Source: Patellaria atrata CBS 101060 | Taxonomy: Eukaryota | Assembly (NCBI GenBank): GCA_010093705.1 | Contig: MU006090.1 | Location: forward strand, 1,949,817 to 1,974,051 | Direction: 5' to 3' | Length of the DNA: 24,235 nt | Shown here: piece after piece, positions 10,151-19,780 of the stretch | Numbering within the stretch: position 1 is the first letter of the stretch | Layout of the letters: each line of letters starts with the position of its first letter | Position numbers and translations under genes: made by a program | The notes under the pieces: generated by a model | What the model was told of the DNA's origin: nothing | What the model saw: the letters and a program-made list of their open reading frames with translations, nothing else | Databases searched by the model: none

Positions 10151-10718
10151 ATGGATCCAGAAGCGAAATCCAAATACGCAATCCACGAAGCATGCCGGGA
10201 AGGCAGAAGTACGCATCTCAAACGCATCCTCCCCAACCACCTCGAATTCCCCACTAACAATCACTGTCCCACAGCCGCCGAAGTCGAAGCCCTTCTGAAC
10301 GTAAGCGTTCTCCCCCGCGGTCTCACACTCGCCCCAGATCCCTGAGTAAAACTGCAGGCAAACCCGCGCCTCGCGACCCGCCGCGACGAAGACGACCGTC
10401 TCCCCCTCCACTGGGCAGTCAGTTACAACCGGCTCCCCATCGTGCGGTTATTGGTGCTGAGTAAGGAGTTTGACGTCGATGCGCAGGTGCGCCCATGTTT
10501 TCCTTCTTCCACACCCCTTTCCTCGCCCTCCCCCTCCGCCCCGGTGTCTGGTGTACAGTATTGTACTGTACGATACCTAAGGATAGGATAAGGGAACTGA
10601 TAAGGGATAGGACGGTCTAGGTTGGACGCCCCTAATGATGGCCGCGAGTCTACGGGACGGAGAAGAGGTGCTCGAACTGCTGTTATCACGGGGCGCGGAG
10701 GTTAATATACAAAGTAAT

Positions 10719-10750
<32 letters not shown>

Positions 10751-11496
10751 TTTTCTCCATTCTCCCTTACCTCCCCCTCGCATCTTAACCCACTCCCTTT
10801 TCCCCTTCCCTTCTACAACCCAAAGACTAACCCCCTCCCCAAGCACACACAGGCCAAACAGCCCTCCACTTCGCCTCCTCCAAAGCCCTCCTCCAAACCG
10901 CGCGCACGCTTTTAGCGCACGGCGCCTCAACGCGTCTGAAAGACAAACGCGCACAGCTGCCCCTCCACCGCGCCGCCGCCGTCGGCGCCGTGCCGGTTCT
11001 AAAACTCCTGCTCGCGAACCGGAGTCCGCTTGACGCGGGGGACGTCGATGGGTTGACGGGGCTGCACCATGGTATGTACTACCATCCTAGCCTACAATAT
11101 ACTGTACCGTACTATACCGTATACTGGGGTTTGTAGTGGTGGAAGTCCCTAGGGAAGGGAAAGGGGGGGCCCCGCAGTCTTGATAGATGTTACAAAGTGC
11201 TGATGTATACTATACAGCTATATCGGAAGGTCACGCGGACGCGGCCGTGTTTTTGCTTAAGGAGGGCGCTGTGGCGGATATTGTTGATCGGGAGGGAAGG
11301 AGGGCGTTGGAGTTGGCACCGGATGCGAAGGTGCGTATATGCTCTCCTGTACTGTTCTGTGCTGGATCCCGGTTATGCGCTGTGTAGAGATGGTTGGATG
11401 GGGGGTTAGGGTTATTGGGTATGCTGACATTTTGGGTGGTAGGTACGGGATTTCATACTGCGGAGTGCGGAGAGGGAGGGTATAGATCTGGGATGA
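10151..11496 (+). CDS. NAS6: Ankyrin-repeat 26S proteasome assembly chaperone Nas6/gankyrin (PSMD10), ~236 aa. Exons 10151-10208, 10275-10300, 10358-10486, 10611-10713, 10844-11071, 11218-11330, 11443-11496
   Basis: The hand-spliced CDS is 711 nt and stays in frame: MDPEAKSKYAIHEACREGRTAEVEALLNANPRLATRRDEDDRLPLHWAVSYNRLPIVRLL...DGLGWTPLMMAAS...GQTALHFASSK...KDKRAQLPLHRAAAVG...DVDGLTGLHHAISEGHADAAVFLLKEGA...APDAKVRDFILRSAEREGIDLG*. All six introns are GT-AG with branch-like motifs. GWTPL, TALHFAxSK and PLHRAAAVG are gankyrin hallmarks. Confidence 0.92.
10720..10750. repeat. C31 homopolymer in NAS6 intron 4
   Basis: 31 consecutive C beginning 6 nt after the start of the GTAATA donor at 10714. 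Confidence 0.95.
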
Positions 11497-11745
11497 GAGT
11501 GGGGAGTGAAAAATAGGTTGAGAAGTGTACGAAGGTCGGTTGGGTCGGTTGGATGTGTTAAGGATATCTAACAGCGTGAAGTCGGACCGCTTTTCTAAGC
11601 TCTACCTACCTTCCCCATATCCACGCTAAATATGCCCCAAAAGACTTAGAGAGAAATAAGAATATGGCAAGAACCAGAACACGACCAGACGTCAACCTCC
11701 CAAGCACCCCTCTGAACCGGCTTTTCCACCCACACCCACGGAAAC

Positions 11746-14492
11746 TCACTTCACAGTACTCTCAACCAACTCTCTATAAATCCTCTTCAAATCCACCACA
11801 TCCGCCCTGAGTTCCTCAACCTCCTCGCTCTTCTCCCCCAACATCTCAAGCGTAGTCGCATACCTAACGCCCACCTCCTCCAACTCCCTCCTCATGCCCG
11901 CAACCCTCTCCTCAAGGCCCCTCTTCTCCTCCACCTCCCTTAAGAGCGCGACGACCTCTTCCCGCGCCCCGTCCCGCTGCGCCGCCAGCCTCGCCATCTC
12001 CTCTTTCACCACCGCCTTCTCGGACTCAAGCCGGCGGACGGCAGCGGACATGCGCTCGACGAGCTGGACCGAGGGCCCGGCCCCGGAGGCGCTGGTCGAA
12101 AGCATGTCTGCGATTGTGCGGTGGGGAGAGGACGTGGAGTCGAAGGCATCGTCGGGGTCGAAGGCGTGGATGGAGGGGGTCTGGGAGACGGAGCCGAGGT
12201 GGGATGGCGCACCATTGAGGTGTGTGGAGAGGGAGGGGAGGGAGTCTTGTCTCAGGGGTGGGGTGCCGGGGTGAGGCTGGCGGGAGGAGCGGCGCGATTG
12301 GGAGTGTGAGCGTGTGTCAGGGATGGGGGGAGGGGAGAGGGCGCCGACTTCTGAGGAGAAAGTGCGGGGGATGGGGCGGCGGTATGTGTTTTGTTCGCCG
12401 AAGGCCGGGGAGGGGGAGTGGTGCCGGCGATGGGGTTGGGAGAGTGAGGCCCCTGTCGTCGTGGGCGATTGGAGGTATTGCCCCGAGTCGACGAGCCCGA
12501 GGCCCTGATGTTGACTGTTGTTGATGTTGCTACTTTCCAGCCGCCATTTCAGTTTCTCGTCTTCGACCCGTTGCGTCATTTCCGCCTCCCACACCTTCTT
12601 CTCCTGCTCGAAGGTCTCTTTCGCGTCGTTGAGCGCTGTTTCCGCGCCGCTGAGTCGACTTTGCAACTTCGTCATCGCGGCGGCTTGCTCTTGCATATCG
12701 TGCTCCAAAGATCTCGCACGGTCGTGCACCGCTTCCAATTCCTCTTCCAGCCGGCGGGACTTCGAATTTACATCTCTCGCCTTGCGACGCACGTCAGATT
12801 CGCGTTTGACGGTCTCATCACGCTCCTTTTCGAGTGCTGCGACACGGGAGGTAAGTGTGCTTTCGATACCGTGCCAGTTCTCGCTAGCGAGGGCATATTG
12901 AGTCTGCAGGGTTTCGATTTGACGGAGTAGTTTGGTTTGTGTGTCTGTACCGGCGGTGGATTCTTCTGTGCGGGAGCGGAGGAGTTCAAGTTTGGTTTCG
13001 AGGCTCTAGGGGTAGAGATGTTTAGCGTACATAGACAGTAAATAAGGTATGGAATAAACTTACTGTAATTTCACCCCTCAACTCGATCTCCATTACCTTC
13101 GCGTGTTCCTGCTGCCTCATCGCTCCCTCCTTGACATCTTTGATCTCTGCTCTCGCCCGATCTTCTACCAGCTTCTTCTGTATTTTGGTGTCTTCGATCT
13201 CATCCCGCAAGTCAGACACGATTTTCCTCTCCGCTTCCAAGGCACCGATCTGCACCCTCTTCTCCGCCTCCTCAGCCCGCGCGTCCGCTTCCGCGACCTG
13301 CCGTTTCAAATCCACGATAACGCGTGCCGCATCCTCTTTCTCGTTCCGTAAGGCCTCGACATCCTTCTCAATCCGACCCAACACCCTCATCCTTTCCGCT
13401 GCCGCCTTCTCCGCCCCTTCCGCCCTTTTGGCTCTCTCTGTCGCCTCCAGCAGCTGACGTTCGGCATTAGCCAATTTGCGTCTCAGTTCCGCGTTCGCCT
13501 TTTCCTCTTCCCCCTTTTGAGCTCGTAGCTTTTTGATCACGTTCATGTGCTTCAGCTCCGTTTTGGACAACCTCTGACCCTCATCCAGCAGCAGCGCGAT
13601 TTGCTCATCTTTGTCAGCTAGTTTGCGCTCCAGACTACCTGGGTTAGCGTTTAAGGCGGTATTATGAGCGGCTTCTGCGGCGGTGCGGGAGAGGTATTGG
13701 AGTTTAGCTTGCAGTGCGTCGATCCGTTCTAGGTGGGAGTGGATTTCGGATGCCTGCGTTGCGTGGGCTTCGCGGAGTTGGGAGAGTTCGAGGTCAGAAT
13801 CAATAGCGGAGAGTCGGGTAGGGGATGGAGGCGAGGTATCTGCATGCGTTGCGTCCAGGGAGGGGCGGGGAGATTCGAGGGATTGGCGGGGGGAGGCTTC
13901 TGGTTTATTTTCTGCCGGTTGGACTGCGATTGTGATATCTGTGGGTTGCTCAGGAGATGGTTGTTCTGTAGGTGCTGGTAGGGGCTTAAGTGGTTCAACA
14001 GGTTCGGGCTCGATCTTCGGTTCTGATGGTTCGTCATTTGCAGGTTGTGAAGCAGCAGCTTCGGCCGGGGCTTCAGAAGCCTTCGAATCGATGCTAGAGC
14101 GAGTAGTTTCCCCGTCTATCCCTGGTGTAGCTGTCCTGGAGGGCAACTCAGACGACTGCCTGCTGACGGGTCTTTGCCCATCCGCGCCCTTCACCACAGC
14201 CTTCGCCAGCCGTTCTTGTAGTCGATTATTAGTTTGACTTCTTGTCGAAGACGTCCTCGATATGCCTGTTCTTTGCATTAGCCCCTAGTCTTCTCAGCTC
14301 AACTGCAAATTCCGAACCTTGGTCAGTTGCTTTTGACTGACGCGCTGCTACCTCTACCGCTCTACTCTTCGCGGAGGCTTGATCATCTTCCGCTAGAATA
14401 GTGTCGAGCCTCGACTCCAGACCTGCAACGGCGCCGGAGAGTAGGGATCCCCATCTTGAGCCTTTGTTTTGTTTGGTGGGTTGTGCGCTCAT
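11746..14492 (-). CDS. SGM1: TMF1/Sgm1-type golgin (coiled coil with C-terminal TMF_TATA_bd/Rab6-Ypt6-binding domain), ~878 aa. Exons 14492-14318, 14265-13064, 13005-11746
   Basis: Three ORF segments are joined in frame by a 52-nt intron (GTTCGG...GCTAAT...CAG) and a 58-nt intron (GTAAGT...TAG). Motifs: N-terminal WGSLLSGAVAGLESRLDTIL; KDEQIALLLDEGQRLSKTELKHMNVIKKLR (TMF_DNA_bd-like); C-terminal GPSVQLVERMSAAVRRLESE...RYATTLEMLGEKSEEVEELRADVVDLKRIYRELV. Confidence 0.9.
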
Positions 14493-15261
14493 CTTGAACC
14501 TACATCAAGAAGAGCATACGTAGTCCAGGCTACCGAGGCGGATTTGGGGTTTGGGGAGATTGCATAGCTTGCAGCTTGAAGGAAGTAAAGGCAATGGTAT
14601 TCAAAAAATGGTATGTACAGTAGTACGAGTGTCACGATACGGTGGAATCACAGATCTCTTACCAGTATTACAGGGTGGAGAGGAATGTTGGAGTCGCTCG
14701 TTAGTATTTGATGAGCACAAGGATGACAGTTGAGCTCTGGCTAAGTCAATCGTGCGGTAGAACATCGGGATACAAATATAGTAATCAGGAAGTTCCCGTC
14801 TCGGAAGAACTCGAGACACAATTGAAGAGGCTTCCTGGGTAAAGTTTCCGTCTCATCATGTACAATATGTTTGCATTGTTATAAGGAGGTACAACAGCGC
14901 AGATATCTCACGACACGGCTAGAGTGCTGTTATACTTAAAATTAGGTACGTACACATTGCATTCGGAAAATTCATCTCTTTTGTACAGTACCCCTAGAAC
15001 CTAGTTTGAGTGAATATCTCAGAAGCAGAAATTGGACCCTATAAACATGAAATGAATTGCTTTTCTTCCGCACGTGAAATCGTCTCATCGCGGGTATAAC
15101 CAACCACCCGATACCTTGTCCTGGAGAACAGTCCTAATAACCGCTCAAGGAGGAGCTTTTATGCACCGGATTTCCCTATATGATATAAAACAGTATTCTC
15201 AAACCCAAAGTCATAGGATATATTCTATCCAGACGTCCTACCCATGACAGTCAATTTATTG

Positions 15262-18200
15262 TCATTGAGCCTTCTTTGACGCTATGCGCCTTCTTCTCCC
15301 TATCGATGCTGCTGGTCCACCATTCCCGAGTCTGTCTCCTTCATCTTCAATCCTGTCACTCGTTACAGAGACGATCTTAACGGAGTTCCCAAAGGCAATG
15401 GCGATGCTACGTTTATCGAGCCTCGTCGCCGGGCCGGGATTAGCGACTATGATCTGCTGATTGACTTTTCCGGCGCTCAGTGATATGTTTGCGTCGGCGG
15501 TTATATCTGATGACAACGGCTGTGTATGAAACATTCCTGTGGACGATAGTGACCAGGCTTCCCAAACCTGTGGATCCTTTAGTTTTGATTTTTCTTTCTC
15601 ATTTTGATCCTGTTTTGAAAATTTGAAAGGAGATACGTTTCGAGACGTCGTATGGCGTTTCGAGAGACCGGAGTCTTGTATCAATGGCAGCGCGGGTTGC
15701 TCCCTGATACCAAGTACAGACATAGCACCAGAAGTTTCCCAAGCACCAGGGTCATCTATCCGATAAGTCATCATTTTCGCCCTATGAATGTTATTGCAAG
15801 TAGTGTCATTATCATCATCCTGGGGTCGAAGACAGATATTAATATCACCTTCATTGGTGAAAGTGTGCATCATACAACGTTTAGTATCGTAGTCCGTATA
15901 GACTAGAGCTAGAGATTTTACTGCGGGGCCTTGACAAGTCCCACAAGATCGACGCTTTAGATGTATGATCCGCATGGAAACACCTTGGATATGTTCTGTT
16001 TGTATGTTTGCAACGAACTTCTTAGTCTTAACGTCAAACATGTCCACTTCATGTAATCTGACAGCCGCAAACAAGTCCAGGTTCTTTAAAGCCAGGATAT
16101 ATCGCACCTTGCTGACCCTCCTGTCAGCTTGGATTTGAGGTGGTAGAGAGATCAAGGGGCTAGTGTGCCAACGTCCACCTAGAGCGGCTTTTGTGATATG
16201 CATATCTCCATGTTGAGCAAGTGTCAATACTACTACAGAGAATTCAGTAGTACCGCTCAGTTTTGAAGATATCAAAGAGCCACTGTATATACAGTGATGT
16301 TGTATCCGCTGAGTTGTAAGATCAATATCTATCATCCAACCATCAAGAGTGACAATGAGTAAGTGGAGGGTGTTCGGATCTCCAGCTTTGAAAGATGCCA
16401 TGGTGAATAGTAAGGGTTCGATATCCTTCAACGCAACATTATGATACTGTATGAACCGCGCTCTCTCGAGGCTCCAGATTCCAATAAGGCCGGTGTCAGA
16501 ACAGACAGCAAGTCGACAGCTATCCTCATCGATAGTTGATGCAATGACAGGCCAAACGGGTTTGCTTCCGGAGTCACTTTTAATGAAGTGATGGGTATAA
16601 CGGCCAGTCCAACTGTCAAGATACCAACCCGACATTGACCGATCCGTACTGATAGTAAGTAGGTGGCCTTTCCCGTTACCGGTTATATCGGCAATATCTA
16701 GTTTGTGAGATATTGGAAGAGTTTCGATAGTCAGCGTCGGTTCCGCAATTGTAGACATTGATTCATCATTTGGTATCTCATCCCATAGAAGATAATGCAT
16801 CAGCAGCGTTGTGACGGCGATGCAAGAAACCAGTATCAATACAAAGGAAAATATATGATCGGTCATAAGGGAGAAGGTTTTATGTAAGACTGAACCCGAC
16901 ATGTGAGGGGCAGCAGCTCTATCGGCATCTTTAAGGACGATAGTAAGCGGCTCGTAGACTCTAGCAACAAATCCAAAACCTTTTGGTTTGATAAAGCTGA
17001 TGACTTCTTTTCCAGTATCGTATTCTTGCATCCGTAACCATTCACCTGGACTCCTAGCTTGGTTTATGGGTGGCAAAGAGGGCACAATCTCGTCAAGAAC
17101 ATGTTTGTTGCCGCGTCGCCAACCTGGCCGAAGTAGACGCAACAAGGACCTGAGTTTCTCGCCCTCCCAGAAATGGTAATTTAAGACGATGACGAAACAT
17201 ATCAAAAATGCCTGGCCAGCGATCCTTGTACTGCCTGGTACTCGACCTTCGCGGAAAACCATGCTACGGAAAAGGGCAGTGCTCCAGCCTTCCCGCTCGG
17301 TCCTCATGGCATTTGCATTCGTATGGATATCATTAACTCTTTCCAGGGAGTCTCTTAGCTCTGTACGGCGAACATCGACACTCAAGACCGCAACAAAGAA
17401 CGTAAGATGAAACAGAAAATCGAACGTCAATGCGAAGAAAGAAAACATGCAGAACTGTGCAACTCCTTGGTAGCTCAACTTGGAAAGAAGGTATAGTAAT
17501 CCGAGATTTTGACCGACACCAGCAAATGCCAGAGGTCCGACATCACCTAGGGCTCGCGCTACACGCTCCACTGTTGGCAGCTCTGGGGATTGTTCCACGA
17601 CGGTATCGACCAGACGGAACCTAGTCAAAATTGTATGATGAGTATAGCAACGGAGAAACATTTAGCAACCCTTCAGCATTGTTCAGACTTACATATTCTC
17701 CAGTCCTAGGAAGAGGGTCAACGCTGGAAATACCTCTCTCGGAACAGTAGCTAGGTTCACATTGAACAACCCGCAAAGGGTTAGGCTAGCTAAGATAGAT
17801 ATGGCAACCTACGCGACATCATTAGCTTGACTCTAACCGTGCTCACTTTTGTTCTGTTATACCTGGGTACAGAGAGCAATAAGAAGGCCCGCTTGGCTCT
17901 TGACACCCCTTAAACGTCGAAGCCTAGAGAGCACAATCAACGACACGACACTATAGATGATTACCAAGAGAAAATCATCGCCGAATCCCATTGGTTTAAA
18001 CCGGAAATCATATGTCTGGCTCCTAGCTGGTCTTCCATTTTTAGGATATATCGACCATCGGTCTGGGGCTGCCTGAGCGAGGCGCACGGATTGCTCAATC
18101 CATCTCGTTCCGACATCAGCTCCAGGAAACTCGAAAAGGGTAATGACCAAAGCATCTGCTGCCGTGAGTTTACCACTGGAAAATGATTTACCCGCAAATA

Positions 18201-18855
18201 CGGAGCTAGGGCGAAGCGTTATGTTTAACGTCGTGCGATCATGAGTATGGGAGTTTATGGTGTGGAGGATATCGGCGTCTTGTTCGATAGCTGAAACCGA
18301 ACAGTTCCAGTACATCAGAGGAGAATGCAAACCCCAGGACAATGTTGGCTGGTTCAAGCAATGTTCCTGGGATCTCCGCGAATATGAGCCATCACCTGTA
18401 GTGAGAGCAGCATTTGTAGGAGCGCCCAAGAGAACATTTTGGATCCGCAAGGCTTCCTGAAGAACTCCAGAATCCAAGACCTTCATATAACTGCCATGCA
18501 CCCATGCTTGCCTTATGTTTATATCGGGAAGAATATCCACGCTACCTCCATAGAGTTGCGCTGAGGTCCAAGCATGGTGGGCAACCTTGAAAGATCGAAA
18601 GGTCGGACTGTTATTGACGAGAACAACTGGATAACACAGGAAGACTGCGACTACAACGGAGAGGAGTATTGACAATAACCAATGACGCGAAATGGCTAAT
18701 CCATGGTGATAGAAGGCCTGGCGAAGAGGATGTCCAGGAGGTAACTTTGGGGGCTCAGTCGTGCTAGCGCATGGTCAGACGAAGTTGAGGTCAAGCTTAC
18801 AGCTCCTCCATAGGATCGCTTACCCTCGAAATGGATATAATATGTACCAGATCAT
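15262..18855 (-). CDS. SCP1: SREBP cleavage-activating protein (SCAP/Scp1): sterol-sensing domain plus WD40-like C-terminus, ~1135 aa. Exons 18855-18824, 18763-17863, 17808-17693, 17620-15262
   Basis: Spliced start MIWYILYPFRGTTEPPKLPPGHPLRQAFYHHGLAISRHWLLSILL. Sterol-sensing domain motifs VKSQAGL, PREVFPALTLFLGLENMFRLVDTV and QFCMFSFFALTFDFLFHLTFFVAVLSVDVRRTELRD parallel mammalian SCAP GLEN...SIDIRRMELAD. HKLDI starts the WD region. Introns of 60, 54 and 72 nt are all GT-AG, and the CDS is 3408 nt in frame. Confidence 0.92.
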
Positions 18856-19026
18856 CTAGTTGCGAATTGCCCTCTTAAGTCGCGCTACGAGGCAGTTTGA
18901 CTTGCGGGTAAGCGAGAAGACGCGAGTTGCGAGCGCAGCGTCATGGAGTATGTTGAAGTATGAGACGATGTTCTGGGTATGGATACAGGTATCCTCGATT
19001 GCGTGCAATGATATGGCTTGCAGCAT
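18856..19026 (-). promoter_or_regulatory. Candidate 56-aa uORF in frame with SCAP, with its stop codon directly abutting the SCAP ATG
   Basis: The minus strand reads CCCACAATC-ATG CTG CAA GCC...ATT CGC AAC TAG ATG ATC TGG, with no internal stop. It depends on the transcription start lying upstream of 19026, which is not known. Confidence 0.5.
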
Positions 19027-19321
19027 GATTGTGGGTGAAATGGAAAATAATGACTATACAGGGGACCTGCATCTTGGGGGCTTGAGACTTGTGAATACGC
19101 GGGCCGCACTGCTTGGCTCTTCGATGCGGACATGCGGGTTGTTCTTTTACGCCTCTGCGCCTTCTGCACTGGGTGCTGAAGAGCCACTTTTGGGGGTGGA
19201 AGGAGGGGCGCTTAAGGGGGTACTGGGGCGATATACAAACTGGGAACCTCGGTGGCTTTTTCTCCTAGACCTGGTGCAACTTGAATCGGACCAGGAAGGA
19301 CATTGATCTAAAGCTTCAGTT

Positions 19322-19329
19322 TTTATATA
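19322..19329 (-). promoter_or_regulatory. Candidate TATA box (TATATAAA) for SCAP within the SCAP/Pol lambda divergent promoter
   Basis: The minus strand reads GATATATAAAAAC, followed about 100 nt downstream by a C/T-rich tract. Confidence 0.4.
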
Positions 19330-19780
19330 TCTGTACACCTTTACAGGTACTTGTTGTACTGTACTGTACCTCGTCATTTCACATGTCAAGGGCACGGACG
19401 ATGAGCTCGAGCGGGTAATCGAAGCGGGAAGATCATTGAGCATGGGCTCTCCCCAAACTCACTCCCGTCTCGATATAGTTCTACCGTAAGGTACTGTCCT
19501 CGACTGCAACCGCAAAGTAACACAATTCACCAGAGCCTTCGAAGCAGAAAAGATGTCAAAGTCGTCAATCAACAATTCGAGGATGAAGTCTAGGTTGAAA
19601 TACTACACTACCACTCCTTCCTGGCGAATTACATCCCGCAAGACACGTCTTGCTGCCTTCGCGTACTGACTCGTGACAAAGTTCTTTTGTAGCACAGAAG
19701 CCCTGCTCCCCAAGTATAATAAGAGGGCCAGCTCTTTATGTTGCAACTTATATTCCCAGTATATAATACAATCTACCATC

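Noticed and set aside
10577..11033. Poly-Pro (+) and poly-Gly (-) ORFs
   Set aside because: Artefacts of reading through the intronic C31 tract of NAS6.
11403..11413. Telomere-like GGGTTAGGGTT
   Set aside because: Fewer than two units, inside a G-rich intron; not an interstitial telomeric array.
14790..15090. Recurrent CGTCTC words and a small GTCTCG/CGAGAC hairpin
   Set aside because: Few short copies with no consistent spacing; cannot be told from background by eye.
1..18855. HEM25 and SCAP as a sterol/heme/isoprenoid functional gene cluster
   Set aside because: They are separated by three unrelated housekeeping genes and I saw no convincing shared SREBP site; ordinary synteny is sufficient.
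18860..19306. 148-aa plus-strand ORF between SCAP and Pol lambda
   Set aside because: Starts at TTG, is antisense to the SCAP leader and has no recognisable domain.
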